64,000 bases of DNA from Candidatus Thorarchaeota archaeon. GTDB lineage: Archaea; Asgardarchaeota; Thorarchaeia; Thorarchaeales; Thorarchaeaceae. This document shows positions 1 to 11,075 of this stretch, piece after piece. The position numbers and the translations under genes are program-made. Where the stretch lies: contig JAWOEX010000028.1 in NCBI GenBank assembly GCA_046482545.1, forward strand, positions 192,001 through 256,000, written 5' to 3'. Positions within the stretch are counted from its first letter, which is position 1; the number at the start of each line of letters is the position of its first letter. The notes under the pieces were generated by a model. The model worked only from the letters and a program-made list of their open reading frames with translations. It did not search any database and was not told the DNA's origin.

Positions 1-2
1 AT

Positions 3-176
3 AAGAGCGGTAATTCCGTGAGCGATTCTGTGGAAGTTCAAGTAATACCTGTTTCACTTCCCCCCGAGCAGGCTCCAGAAATTCCCTGGATGATGATAGC
101 CATAGCAGCAGCTGGTGTCGGTGTTGTTGTGGTGATTGGAGCTCTGTTCTATATGCGAAAAGAGAGAACAGGTTGA
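3..176 (+). CDS. 3' end of a surface-anchored protein (partial; starts before the window)
   Basis: Manual translation KSGNSVSDSVEVQVIP...IPWMMIAIAAAGVGVVVVIGALFYMRKERTG*: a beta-strand end, Pro linker, TM helix and basic tail; TGA at 174-176. Confidence 0.8.
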   Translation, partial: KSGNSVSDSVEVQVIPVSLPPEQAPEIPWMMIAIAAAGVGVVVVIGALFYMRKERTG

Positions 177-266
177 AAATAAGGAGGTTAACACAAGATG
201 TTTGAAACTACTCTAGTAAATGTTAAAACCGTTAGATTATCTATGAAATCAAAGAGGTGCACGCCC

Positions 267-2642
267 ATGCTAAGAAATGGGAGGAGATATGGACTAACTC
301 TAATCTTACTACTTGTAACCCTGCTGGGACCCGCTATAGCATCAGTTGACGCTGCATATGTCACAGCTACCACCGAGACCCACAGCCAAGACTTCGAAAG
401 GGCAGTCAACGGCCATGCATACGTATTTTCCGATGAACCACCATTATCGTCTGCTGACACAACATTCCTCACTCACGACGAGGATATTGTCTATGAGCAG
501 CTCGATTATGAGAATGGACATTGGAATACATACGGGCCTTACGCTGCTGATGGACCAGAGGAACACAAATTCAACTTTGGCTCTCGTTATGAGATGGACA
601 GCGGATGGCTGCATGAAGGGGCCTATTTGCCTGATTTTCTAGATTTTGAGAACACTACAAATGACGTAGAAATCGGTATGAAAGCGAAGCGTGCGGTATT
701 TCCTGTGACGCTCAACGAGGAATTCAGCGTCTTGTTGGAATCTGGACTGATTAACTGGGGCACATTCAATCTCACCGATGAGGAGTTTCTCCACATTCAA
801 ATAGCTGGTGGACAGGATAACCTTGAAGCAGAGTTTGCAGTTATCGATCCTGAAGGGCGACCAGTAGCCTTCGAATTCATAGAAGGGGGAGATATAGTCA
901 AGATGCCATGTCTTCCTTCTGGTGAAGGCATGTACACCTTCTTAGTCTATCCCTACAACACAGATTACGGATTGATATCTGTGGATATTCTCATGGAAGC
1001 TATTACTCCACAAGAAGTAGGATTTGGAGAGACAATAGAGGATATTCTAGAGGGAAGTGAAACCCTAGTTAAGGAGGACGGCTCAGAGGTCTATCAAGAG
1101 AAACCTCCTGTTGCCAGGACCTACAAGTTCACCGCCAACAGCACACATCCTGGTCGAATTAGATATGCTCTGAACTATCCGGAGGACGTAGATGGGGGAC
1201 CATCGCCCGAGGCACAGATTTCGATTTTTGGCAATGTATTCCAGAACGATATCGGCCATCCCCGATGGATGGATTATCTGGATCCCTACTCCGACGAATT
1301 TCACTACTATTCTTGGGCAAACGAAAGCTATTACCTTACAATCGAGGGTCTAGATGAGATAGAGTATATCATACACCATGATCGGCCCAACGTACCGATG
1401 CTGCCCACAAACGAGGAATTCTACATCGAGAATATGCTATCGGGAGGTGTACGGTACCCCTACAGACTACCTCTCGCCCAAGACTCCGTACTTCGGGTGA
1501 ATGGCTCAACTGGTATGGCGGGCTTCAGCTGGAAGATATGGAAAGTTACTGAGGATAGAATCAGCTACAGTCGTTCGATTAGTTTCGGCAGTGAAATCGA
1601 ATATGCAAACACCTACTACTTGCCGGCTGGTAATTATTTGGTAACCGCGAGTGGGGGCGAAGGTGCAATTGGCCGTTTCGAGTTCAATCTTGGGCCAATT
1701 TTGGATGGTGCTGGTAGTGTTGGTGTTGATGCTGGTGACATCATTGGACTTCGGGTCGATACAAGTCCGCTATCTTTCTACAGAAGCAATGTTACCCTCA
1801 TGACCCATGATAATGTCAGTGTAAAATCTGAGATAGACTATCTCAACGGGTACGGTGGATATGAAGAATCCCTCGACATAACCCTTGGGAATAGGCAGTC
1901 AGGAACCAGTTGGGTCGCATACGGAACTAATACAACTTCAACCCAACTTGGAACTGATGACACGTCCTATTCGATGTTCTGTGAGGGGGAGGGAATAATT
2001 GTTTTGACACCCTATCAAGTCAATAACAACACTGCAGGCATCGGCAACGAATACCATGAGTATACTGTAGATTATGAAATCACCTTCGATGAGTACGAAG
2101 GATTCCTGAATGGGACTAAGACACAAACCGTGACCAGCGATCCGGTATGGTCCAATTTCACGCTGGGTGATCCGGCTGAACCAACCGAAACATATGTACT
2201 TCGCCTTAGTGCAGTCCGAGGCACTTGGATGAATTTCTCAATCTACACAGAGGATGTAGACAGCTGGGAGGCGTATCTATACCAGAACGTTGACGGTTGC
2301 AGTCATTACATTGACTGGACAAACGACCTTGAAGACGTTTTCACGGGCTCGCTTTCCGGTGATGGATATCTTGAGCTGGGTAGCATAAGCGATGAGATGA
2401 TGTTCGTCTTCAAGATTGACCGCAGCGAAGTCGAAGAAGGCTCATTCAACATACTTGTAACACCGCATACCACAAACACCCTCGAGACTCTTCCACCTCT
2501 TGAATACGAAGGTGGAGATGCAGGAGCGCCAGAGGGAGGCGACTGGCTTGCACAGAATGCGCTTCTCCTTGCAGGTGGTGTTGGGGTTGCTGCTGTGGTG
2601 ATAGTTGGTGGTGTGTACTTCTGGAGAAAGCGTGCAGCGTAG
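267..2642 (+). CDS. Secreted, C-terminally membrane-anchored beta-rich surface protein, function unknown
   Basis: ORF 198..2642. Likely start is ATG 267 after GAGGTG, giving a signal peptide (MLRNGRRYGLTLILLLVTLLG). Acidic beta-rich body with many NxS/T sites; C-terminal TM followed by WRKRAA. Confidence 0.8.
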   Translation: MLRNGRRYGLTLILLLVTLLGPAIASVDAAYVTATTETHSQDFERAVNGHAYVFSDEPPLSSADTTFLTHDEDIVYEQLDYENGHWNTYGPYAADGPEEHKFNFGSRYEMDSGWLHEGAYLPDFLDFENTTNDVEIGMKAKRAVFPVTLNEEFSVLLESGLINWGTFNLTDEEFLHIQIAGGQDNLEAEFAVIDPEGRPVAFEFIEGGDIVKMPCLPSGEGMYTFLVYPYNTDYGLISVDILMEAITPQEVGFGETIEDILEGSETLVKEDGSEVYQEKPPVARTYKFTANSTHPGRIRYALNYPEDVDGGPSPEAQISIFGNVFQNDIGHPRWMDYLDPYSDEFHYYSWANESYYLTIEGLDEIEYIIHHDRPNVPMLPTNEEFYIENMLSGGVRYPYRLPLAQDSVLRVNGSTGMAGFSWKIWKVTEDRISYSRSISFGSEIEYANTYYLPAGNYLVTASGGEGAIGRFEFNLGPILDGAGSVGVDAGDIIGLRVDTSPLSFYRSNVTLMTHDNVSVKSEIDYLNGYGGYEESLDITLGNRQSGTSWVAYGTNTTSTQLGTDDTSYSMFCEGEGIIVLTPYQVNNNTAGIGNEYHEYTVDYEITFDEYEGFLNGTKTQTVTSDPVWSNFTLGDPAEPTETYVLRLSAVRGTWMNFSIYTEDVDSWEAYLYQNVDGCSHYIDWTNDLEDVFTGSLSGDGYLELGSISDEMMFVFKIDRSEVEEGSFNILVTPHTTNTLETLPPLEYEGGDAGAPEGGDWLAQNALLLAGGVGVAAVVIVGGVYFWRKRAA

Positions 2643-2750
2643 GATATCTCTCCTGATCGAAATGAGGGCAAGTAGCTCTGAATGGCTGCTTGTCCTTAAC
2701 TTGCTCCTCAAGATTCCAGGTAACCCGTTTCTTACAGTCTTAGCAACTGC

Positions 2751-3316
2751 GTGAAACTTCTGTGTTCCATCCTTCCCCTGCCAGCGTCATCGTACCCAAG
2801 ATACTTCTCAGCTCCTGAGTTAGCAAGGGTTTTGTCCGCGTTCACTGGAATGGGCTTCCTCCCGCGGTCCTGGCTTCCATCTCCTGTCGTTGTTCCGGTC
2901 CATCACTCCGGGAACAGCGAGGGCTTCCACAGTTCTTACCACGGCGTGGTCATGATTACCCACCTCAATGTTGTCACCACCACAGAGATGGTTGATCCAG
3001 AAGATGTCGATTCATCGGTTGAGCTGGCAAAATAGAGAATATATCATGTTGTCAAGTGGTACTGTAACTGTAGCTGGGATGAGTGCAAAGAGAAGCTCAC
3101 CCACTACGGCAATGTGAAGGGGAAGAACGAAGAGCTGATTCCGAAGGTCATCCTTGCGAAGCTGAAAGACGTGGGGTTGTTGACCTGTTGGAGCGCAAGG
3201 TAGAGTATCATCGGAAACGGACATCAGCAGCTCCACACAATCATTTATTCAATTGTCAGGAACATATCATGCGTCTTCAACAGTACTACCCTAGCGATTC
3301 TACCGCCGGAGTATGA
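2751..3316 (+). pseudogene. Degraded gene remnant of unknown origin
   Basis: Frame ...MVDPEDVDSSVELAK*(TAG 3033-3035)RIYHVVKWYCNCSWDECKEKLTHYGNVKGKNEELIPKVILAKLKDVG continues past the stop, then appears to shift to VVDLLERKVEYHRKR. Confidence 0.3.
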
Positions 3317-3348
3317 CTTTATAAGCACACACACATCTACATATAGAC

Positions 3349-3585
3349 ATGGGTAGTAAGACTATATCGGTATCAGACGAAGCATATGCCCGGCTTAAAT
3401 CTCTCAAAAAGCATGGTGAGAGCTTTAGCGATGTTATCAACAGACTCACCAAAAGAAGAAGACTTAGTGAGCTGGCAGGGGCCTTGGATGGTAAAGATGG
3501 CGAGGTACTGGAAGAGACTATCGCGTCTTTGAGAGCCAGAAGCAGAGAACGTATCGAAGCAATACGAGAGGAGCTCGAAGTATAG
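3349..3585 (+). CDS. vapB: VapB-type antitoxin (DUF217-like)
   Basis: KTISVSDEAYARLKSLKKHGESFSDVINRL is the archaeal DUF217/VapB signature; overlaps the PIN toxin start. Confidence 0.85.
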   Translation: MGSKTISVSDEAYARLKSLKKHGESFSDVINRLTKRRRLSELAGALDGKDGEVLEETIASLRARSRERIEAIREELEV

Positions 3586-3977
3586 TGCTCCTTGATACCT
3601 CTTTTATTATCGACCTCTTGAGAGGAGAGAAGCCTGCTATCGATAAAATTAAAGAACTTGAGGCTGCTTCAATTGCTACCAATATTTCCGCCCCTTCAGT
3701 CTTTGAGCTCTTTGTGGGAGTGGCATTAACTACAAAACCGCAATCAGAGAAAAGAAGAATTACTGAAATCTTGGATTCGTGGGCAACAATGCCCCTTGAT
3801 ACAGAATCCGCCGGCCTTGGCGGCAGAATACATGGCCAGTTGATAAGAGAAGGGCAGATGATAGACCCTGAGGATTCTATGACTGCAGGGATTGCACTCC
3901 ATAACAATGAAACCCTCCTCACCAAAAACCTATCGCACTTCCAGAGAATCCCAGACCTAGATGTAGAAGAGTATTGA
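3585..3977 (+). CDS. vapC: VapC PIN-domain ribonuclease toxin
   Basis: LLDTSFIIDLL, SVFEL, DSMTAGIAL and LLTKNLSHFQRIPDL are PIN motifs. Confidence 0.9.
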   Translation: MLLDTSFIIDLLRGEKPAIDKIKELEAASIATNISAPSVFELFVGVALTTKPQSEKRRITEILDSWATMPLDTESAGLGGRIHGQLIREGQMIDPEDSMTAGIALHNNETLLTKNLSHFQRIPDLDVEEY

Positions 3978-4364
3978 GAATTCCATCAGAGCACTTTACG
4001 ACACAATCCTTGAGATTTTCTTTGTGGAACACTGAAGCACTTCGGAGGGTAGAAATCACACCAAAGAAGCCATCGGCTTCTACGAATAGCGACTGGAGAA
4101 ATGGCGAGGTGACGATATGCGACGAGAGCTCGAAGCAGTCAATATAATGATTAAACAAATCGAGGATAGTCTATATAAAACGCCCCAGTAATTCAGGGGT
4201 GTAATCATGTGCAAAATATAGGAGGTGTTCAAAAGCCTAAGAGCAAGAGAAACTCTGTTTTCAGTAGCACCCCAAGTTCCATTGCAAACCGCACTCTCAA
4301 AGTATGGAAGTCAATCTGAACTATTCGAACATACTCAAAGAGGGCAATTTGCTTTGGCCTAACA

Positions 4365-5344
4365 TTGCTTTGTCTCTCACTTGCTTCAGCTACGGCCATG
4401 GGTATCGGAGTTTATGTGGACTCGTTCTCAGTCCATCAATGGGAGGAATGGACTGGCTCTCCGATTTCAATGCGTATTACAGAATTGCATTCCGAGGAAA
4501 CTATCTCTAGAATCAAAGAAATTGAGGAGGTAGAAGATACTGCATCCATTGCACTTGTAGAATCTGACAAAATCATAGATGGACAAATTAAATTTAAGAC
4601 AGTAGCTGGAATTAGTTCTAACTATACAAATGCCTTTTCTGATGTCTTCATGCTTGAAAAAGGCCGATATCCCCAGAGTACAGGTGAATTTGCTCTAGAA
4701 AAGGAAGCTGCTCAAAGCATGAAAGCTTCTTTGGGAGAATTGGTAAACTACTCAATCGGAGAGGTAATGCGGAGAAATACTATCTTCTCGAAGTTGTTGG
4801 AACATTCGAGTTAACAACCAGTGTGTTTTTTGTGCGCCACACAGAAGCCCTAGTGGTTCCTGAACAGATCCCTAGTGTCGAAACCAGTCTTGAAGTGCAT
4901 ATCGATATCAATCGAAAGCCTATTTCTCCGTACGATGCTCACGGATCATTGGCAAATGTTGAAAGAGTAGAAAAGAAGATACGAACGGTGCTTCCCGCAG
5001 GAACAAATTGCAGGAGTTACCCTGGTGGGGCGCTTGGGACAGACCGTGATTCGATCATGGGTCCACTGCTTGCTGATGCTGTTGCCAGCATCCTTGGCGC
5101 GGCCATTATCGGGTCCATTATTTCGTTAATACTCGTGTTCTTCGCCTTACAGATTCCGCTTGCCTTTCTAGGACCTACATCGTCATTGCAGTGGTTCCGG
5201 CTCCCGGTTCGAATCTCTGTTCCCATTGTACTCCTCACGACTATTGTAGCTGTAACGCTGATGGTAGTTGTTGTAACTGTGTATTTTGTGACGAAGTCTC
5301 ACCTTGAGCGGAGTGTGGCAGAGGAAATCCTATATGTGAGCTAA
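4365..5344 (+). pseudogene. FtsX/MacB-like ABC permease remnant (frameshifted and internally deleted)
   Basis: N-terminal TM plus periplasmic-type GRYPQSTGEFAL. One-base shift near 4765 (NAEKYYLLEVVGTFELTTS joins ORF 4823). Joins directly to C-terminal FtsX-type TMs ending ERSVAEEI and is far shorter than an intact permease. Confidence 0.6.
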
Positions 5345-5413
5345 TCTGAAAACAGGCCGTATTTGTTTATTGACACCGAAAGCTTGATGCTCAAGGTCTT
5401 CTCTCGATGGTAT

Positions 5414-6367
5414 ATGAAACTAGGCGACATTTACCGAAAGATTGTTGAAATGGGGATCGAAGCAGACCCCCGAAGCAAAGAGAAAATCGACCAAATACTC
5501 GAGAAATCAAAGGAGAAGCTCGAAGGTCTCGAAGGCAAGAAGAAGGAGCTTGCTGACAAGGATGTAACTTGGAACCCATACACAGATTGCCGTCTGCTGT
5601 ATGGCGATGAAGACCGAGAAGTAGAAAGCGTTCTCTGTGGCATTGATATTTCACCCGGGGAGCTAGTTCTTGCAGATAGGATGAACGAAAAGGGTCAACC
5701 CATAGACATGGTGCTGGCTCATCATCCACACGGTATCGGCTCGTCAAAGCTCGACTGGGTAATGCAGCTCCAACCAGAGCAGTGGGCGAAGCTGGGTGTT
5801 CCTATCGCACAGGCCGAATCCGCCATGGCTAAACGTTTGAAAGAGGTTCATTTCGCGCTCAAGGCAAGAAATCACACCAGAACAATTGATGCGGCTAAAC
5901 TGCTCGATTTGCCCTTCATGTGCGCTCATACTCCCGCTGACTCGGTAGGTTATCAATTCATCAAGAATTTCCTGGAAGAGAAGGAGCCACAGACGCTAGG
6001 TGAGCTGACCGATGTTCTGCTAGAGCTCCCGGAATACCAGGCCGCAGAAAAGGTTGGGGCAGGGCCAGAGATTCTTGTCGGTAGTGAAGACGGTTCAGTC
6101 GGGCAGAGGCACGTTTTCTTTACTGGAGGTACCTCACCAGGACCGAAAGCGATTCCGAAACTTGCCCGAGCCGGGGTGAGTACGATAATTAGCATGCACC
6201 TGACAGACAAGTTGAAAGAGAAGTGTGAAGAGGAAGGCCTGTATGTTGTAATTGCAGGACATATGAGCTCTGATTCGATTGGCCTGAATCTGATTCTAGA
6301 TGAACTAGAGAAAGAAGGTATGAAGACATACGCTTGTTCAGGATTCACCAAACACAGTAGGATTTGA
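5414..6367 (+). CDS. NIF3/NGG1p-interacting-factor-like dinuclear metal protein
   Basis: GIDI, LAHHPHG, CAHTPAD, SMH and AGHMSSDSIG metal motifs; likely start MKLGDIY at 5414 (ORF track 5363). Confidence 0.8.
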   Translation: MKLGDIYRKIVEMGIEADPRSKEKIDQILEKSKEKLEGLEGKKKELADKDVTWNPYTDCRLLYGDEDREVESVLCGIDISPGELVLADRMNEKGQPIDMVLAHHPHGIGSSKLDWVMQLQPEQWAKLGVPIAQAESAMAKRLKEVHFALKARNHTRTIDAAKLLDLPFMCAHTPADSVGYQFIKNFLEEKEPQTLGELTDVLLELPEYQAAEKVGAGPEILVGSEDGSVGQRHVFFTGGTSPGPKAIPKLARAGVSTIISMHLTDKLKEKCEEEGLYVVIAGHMSSDSIGLNLILDELEKEGMKTYACSGFTKHSRI

Positions 6368-6677
6368 ATTCATACGAGGAAGGACAAGGGCAAAGCTAAG
6401 AGAGATTCAAATTTGCAGGTTTAGATGGTTCGAGCTGCTCGTTTTGAGAAATATCTCTCTAGCTCTGTTCTTACATGGAGCAGCATTAATGATATCCAGT
6501 AACAAAGTATTCCTGAGGGGTGTATCTTGCTGCTGATCCGTATTCAGGAGCAAGTCATAGAGAGTATTATAAGATGGCTCAGATACTGTGAAAGCGAAAT
6601 ATCATTATGATAAGTAAGAATGATATTGATAACAGAATATTTGGCATGTCTCATATTGCCGTTCATATCCTAGATAG

Positions 6678-7112
6678 GTGATTCTAATGGACAAGGATCA
6701 GGTCATCTCCAATGTAAAATCAACGCTCGAATCTGATCAGAAAATCCAAGCAATCTATCTTTTCGGTTCCCACGCAACCAATACTGTGAATCCGATGAGT
6801 GATATCGATATCGCAGTCTTACTTGATGAAGAAATGGTTGAAGATATGGTTGAGATTTACTGGGAATTATTGCGCCGCATCTCAGATGCTTTGCATACCG
6901 ATAGGCTGGACCTTGTCATACTCAATGAATCAGAACCTGTTTTGAAATTCAATGTTATCAAAGATGGGATTCTCATCTATGAGAGGGATTCTGTTGCTCG
7001 TGTTCGATTTGAAAGAAGAACTATTAACGAATATCTAGATATGCAGTACATCTGGGAATATTACGACGCTCAACTCAAAAAGAGATTACTGGAGGACACC
7101 AGTGGTGATTGA
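6678..7112 (+). CDS. mntA: MNT-family nucleotidyltransferase antitoxin
   Basis: YLFGSHA...SDIDIAV and DLVILN; overlaps the downstream HEPN gene. Confidence 0.85.
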   Translation: MILMDKDQVISNVKSTLESDQKIQAIYLFGSHATNTVNPMSDIDIAVLLDEEMVEDMVEIYWELLRRISDALHTDRLDLVILNESEPVLKFNVIKDGILIYERDSVARVRFERRTINEYLDMQYIWEYYDAQLKKRLLEDTSGD

Positions 7113-7518
7113 TTCTCAAATCGTGTCATCTCGCCTTTCAACTATTGAGCAATATCTGGACCGTCTGGAAAAAATAAGAAAAGAAGGCAGCAAAGCCTAC
7201 ATGGCAGATCTTGATAGGCGCTTAATAGCTGAACGGGCACTTCACATAGCCATTGAAGCGTGTATTGATATTTCCAATCACATAATCTCGTCTCGAGGAT
7301 ATAGAAAGCCCCAAGACTATGCGGATGTCTTCAAGGTGTTGGAAGAGAACGATGTTATTGAATCGAGGTTGAGCAATCGCTTGATGGATATGGCAAGATT
7401 TCGTCATAGACTCGTTCATCTCTATTCGACATTGGACAACAAAGTAGTATTCTCGATACTCAAAGAGAACCTGCAAGACATAAGGGACTTTGCCGCTTCA
7501 GTAGCAGAGTTGCTCTGA
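7102..7518 (+). CDS. hepT: HepT/DUF86 HEPN ribonuclease toxin
   Basis: ERALHIAIEACIDI, PQDYAD and the RX4HXY motif RHRLVHLY. Confidence 0.85.
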   Translation: MVIDSQIVSSRLSTIEQYLDRLEKIRKEGSKAYMADLDRRLIAERALHIAIEACIDISNHIISSRGYRKPQDYADVFKVLEENDVIESRLSNRLMDMARFRHRLVHLYSTLDNKVVFSILKENLQDIRDFAASVAELL

Positions 7519-7674
7519 TTCTCGTACTCCGAGAGAGTAAAAGCTCCTTCATTTCTTTGATTCAGTAATTGCTCAGTTCTGTAAGGGCATCGGCACTCAA
7601 TTCGAATCTGACCAGTGTGTTTTTCTATACGAACGTACACTATAGACCCGCAATTAGACTGGAGTGGAGACATA

Positions 7675-10600
7675 TTGTCAGGTCGAGAATTTAATGATGA
7701 AACTGGAGAACCTACTGCTGATGAAGAAGAGCACGAAATCTCAGAAGGCCTACCCGCGGCCATAGAAGAAGCCGAGAAAACCGAAGCAGATGGAATGCTA
7801 GGCATAAGCAATGAGGAGGTGCAAGCTTATTCTCTTATCATCACGCTAGGTAATATAACCAAGGGCGATCTTGCCCTCTTGCTTCGCGAGCAAGGCCTAG
7901 ACGATACAGAACGAATTCTTCAGAATCTGAAAGAGAAGGAGATGATCGTTGAGCTACCAGGAATTATCACACGGTATCAGGCAGTTCCACCATTTGAAGG
8001 GTTAGCTGAAGAAGTAAGTCAAATTGGGAATCGTATTGAATCCCTACGTATGGAGCTTAAGGAGCAAATCAGATCCGCATCCACGCAGGTACGCGATGCA
8101 CTTTTGGACCTCACCTCTGGAACACTAGAAACCACCAAATCAAAAGAGGCTGAAATCCGCAAATCAAAACAAGCAGGGCTCGACCGTTTTGATTCCGTTC
8201 TCGTAGACCTAAGAACAGAGAGAGAATCGACGCAGGCAGATTTCGGTTCCGAAATGAGCGAGCTATCGTCTTCATGGAGCCAGAGCAGCATATCACAATT
8301 AGAATCGATTTTGGCCGACTCCAAATCCAAACTAACCTCTTTCAAGAACGAAGTTGATGGTGAATTATCTGGCATTCAATCTGACACAAGGGACAACCTC
8401 CAGGCCTTGAATTCTGATCTTAACAGTGCTGTAGCAAATCAGGTATCCAATTCAGTTTCAAACATCAATAGCCAAATCAACAATCTCCAAGAGGCCGCCA
8501 GTTCTCAGTCTGATACTCTAACAGAAAGCCTAAAAAATACCGAGAACAGCCTGCAGAGCGCAATTCAGGATTCTAAACAAGAAGCCAGCGACTCACTGAG
8601 GAAGGCTTCGAATGAATTAACCACCAACCTAGAAACCACAGAGGAGCAAATGGAGACCTCTGTTCAGGAGACGGTTGAGTCTCTGAGCAAAAGCTATGAC
8701 GCTCTCCAGACCGTAATGGTTTCTGCAATCAGGGAGAGAAACAGTCACGAAGAAGCCATCCTCGATAAACATTCACAGGCCCTTGATGACTCAATCGCAT
8801 CTTTCTCATCATCAAAGGATCAAGCTGTATCAAGCATGAAAAGCTCACTCCATAGTGCGTCCTCTGAATTCTCATCTTCAGCAAGGAACACTATCGATTT
8901 GATTTCTGAGCAGACAGTGGGTATGAGCAACAGGGTCAGCTCACTTACAGATTCCACGCTCGATTCTATGCAAGGAATTGCATCAAACGCGATCCAGAAA
9001 TCCTATGATGAATTGGATGAATACTCTACGGAGAGCTTGGAAGAGACCAAGCAATCGCTATTACAGCAAGAACAACAGGTTAGGAATGCCATTCAGACAA
9101 CGGGAACCGATATCAATACACTAAATCGTGAATCATTGGATATGACCACAGGGATGTTAGAAAACTACAGATCTGCAATAACTCTCAATCTCAAACAGAC
9201 CCTGGAATCAGCAAACAGCGATTTAGAGCAATTGACGCAAGAGACGGTTGCTGACCTAGAGTCGTTAGCACAGACGATGCAGCAAGAAGTAACGAAAATA
9301 GTCACCCGAGCGAAATCGAAGACTGAAGAAATGAGCTCTCGAGCAACCGAGCAGATGAACTCATCGTTCACATCGCACATAACAAACATAGAATCAGAAA
9401 TATCGAATCATATCACAGAATCTCGAAACAAGCACGATGAACTCACCAACAGGATAGATAGCAGAGTCGAAGGTGAGATCGCATCGAGCTCGGACATGTT
9501 TCAAGATATACGTACAAAAATGTCTTCGAATCATGAACAGCTTCTTGACAAAAGCGACCGAGTACGAAGGTCTGTTCTCGGGAATCTTGATGCAAAGCTA
9601 GGAGAACAGAAAGAAACTGCGGAGAGCTCACTGGACCAAGCTGTTGAAGAAACCAATCAGTTGCTCACAACACTGCATCAGAGCCTAGATGAAAGCGTCC
9701 AGAAGATGGAGAATGCTGGAAAAGCGGTCAGTTCGTCTCTTCAACGCTCTACCGAAAAGCTCACCCAAGAGCATCAGACTGCCAAAGCAGAATTCATAGA
9801 AACTACCAGAAATGAATTATCAGCCGAGTCAGAATCACTAATAGGTCGTATTGGAACGCTAACCTCAGAAGGAAAAACGGAGGTACACAACAAAGCAAAT
9901 CTGACAATGAACTCCTTATCGGAATCCGTCGAATCGATACAGGGCAGAAGCTCTTCCAAAATCGACAATTCTTTGATGGCAATGGAATCAGAATTGGCCG
10001 ATGTCTCTGAGAACCTTTCTAACAAATTGGCTGCCGCTCGAGAGAATACTGTATCGACCTTTGAAACCGCCATTAACGAAATTGTCAGCTTATTAGAAGA
10101 GACAAACTCTGCTCTATCCGAACAGAAAACAACTGTGCAGACGAAAGTGAATGATACAATCGCTAGTTCGCTTAAAGGAACCAAAGCAAGATTGGAATCA
10201 GGTAAGATCGCTCTCGAATCATCAACTGGAAGTATCCAGAATGAAATGGAGACAGTTGAGAACAGACTTCGCACAGCTATCTCATCAGCAGGCAATCAGA
10301 TTACTTCTAAAGCCGCAGCTGGGTTATCTGAATCGCTTGAGAGTAGTTCAAACACAGTTGAAGGGCTTGTTCAGAACACACGCACAGATACAGAGAAGAG
10401 CTATGATGACCTACTTGGTCACGTTTCAAGCATGAAAGCAAGCCTGACAAACATCGTTCAAAAACTTGAGGAGAGCCCAATGATAGGCTTAACTGCAGAA
10501 ACATTGGATGAGGCATTTGCTGCTCCTGCCGGCGAGAGGATAGATGCAAGTCAGGTTGCGGAAAGTCTATCCTCAGTCTGGGAGCGGCTTGGAACTACAA

Positions 10601-11037
10601 AGTTTCCGGGAGCAAAGAGAACATGGAACGTTGTAACTCGAGAAGCAATACTTGCGCACATGCAGGATATGCTTTCTAGAGCAAAATCGAAGGTTACCAT
10701 GATTCTACCAGAAGCAACGGACATTCCAACAGACTTTCTCAAAAAACTGAAGTCAAGCATCGGTGTTGAGCTTGTTGTAACAGAGTCGCCACGGTTGAGT
10801 GAGAAAGTGGGTCCCATAGTTGGCCGTGGAAACATCAGGGTGCGCAGCCGATCCGAGAAAGATGTGTATGCGTGTGTTCGTGATAGCGAGGAGGTACTTC
10901 TTGCTCCCGCTACAGCCAAGGATAGCGATACTATCGGCTTCGTTTCAGAAGACGATGGCTTTGTTCGTTTCGTGATGAGCATCGTCGGACCGATTTTCCA
11001 GGCGAGAACGAACTTGCTCAAGCCGGGAGGTTTCTAG
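7675..11037 (+). CDS. TrmB-family wHTH and C-terminal TrmB effector-like domain separated by a ~850-aa helical/coiled-coil insert
   Basis: N-terminal GISNEEVQAYSLII...LQNLKEKEMI...RYQAVPP is a TrmB wHTH. C-terminal AHMQDMLSRAKSKV...VRDSEEVLLAP...GFVSED resembles the TrmB effector domain. The middle is S/E/Q-rich and nearly Pro-free. Probable TTG start at 7675 (track 7615). Confidence 0.7.
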   Translation: MSGREFNDETGEPTADEEEHEISEGLPAAIEEAEKTEADGMLGISNEEVQAYSLIITLGNITKGDLALLLREQGLDDTERILQNLKEKEMIVELPGIITRYQAVPPFEGLAEEVSQIGNRIESLRMELKEQIRSASTQVRDALLDLTSGTLETTKSKEAEIRKSKQAGLDRFDSVLVDLRTERESTQADFGSEMSELSSSWSQSSISQLESILADSKSKLTSFKNEVDGELSGIQSDTRDNLQALNSDLNSAVANQVSNSVSNINSQINNLQEAASSQSDTLTESLKNTENSLQSAIQDSKQEASDSLRKASNELTTNLETTEEQMETSVQETVESLSKSYDALQTVMVSAIRERNSHEEAILDKHSQALDDSIASFSSSKDQAVSSMKSSLHSASSEFSSSARNTIDLISEQTVGMSNRVSSLTDSTLDSMQGIASNAIQKSYDELDEYSTESLEETKQSLLQQEQQVRNAIQTTGTDINTLNRESLDMTTGMLENYRSAITLNLKQTLESANSDLEQLTQETVADLESLAQTMQQEVTKIVTRAKSKTEEMSSRATEQMNSSFTSHITNIESEISNHITESRNKHDELTNRIDSRVEGEIASSSDMFQDIRTKMSSNHEQLLDKSDRVRRSVLGNLDAKLGEQKETAESSLDQAVEETNQLLTTLHQSLDESVQKMENAGKAVSSSLQRSTEKLTQEHQTAKAEFIETTRNELSAESESLIGRIGTLTSEGKTEVHNKANLTMNSLSESVESIQGRSSSKIDNSLMAMESELADVSENLSNKLAAARENTVSTFETAINEIVSLLEETNSALSEQKTTVQTKVNDTIASSLKGTKARLESGKIALESSTGSIQNEMETVENRLRTAISSAGNQITSKAAAGLSESLESSSNTVEGLVQNTRTDTEKSYDDLLGHVSSMKASLTNIVQKLEESPMIGLTAETLDEAFAAPAGERIDASQVAESLSSVWERLGTTKFPGAKRTWNVVTREAILAHMQDMLSRAKSKVTMILPEATDIPTDFLKKLKSSIGVELVVTESPRLSEKVGPIVGRGNIRVRSRSEKDVYACVRDSEEVLLAPATAKDSDTIGFVSEDDGFVRFVMSIVGPIFQARTNLLKPGGF

Positions 11038-11075
11038 GTATGGGCACAAGGGCACCCTTCAGAGTTAAAACCTAA

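Noticed and set aside
7675-11037. SMC/Rad50-like chromosome protein
   Set aside because: No Walker A/B, ABC signature, hinge or zinc-hook motif.
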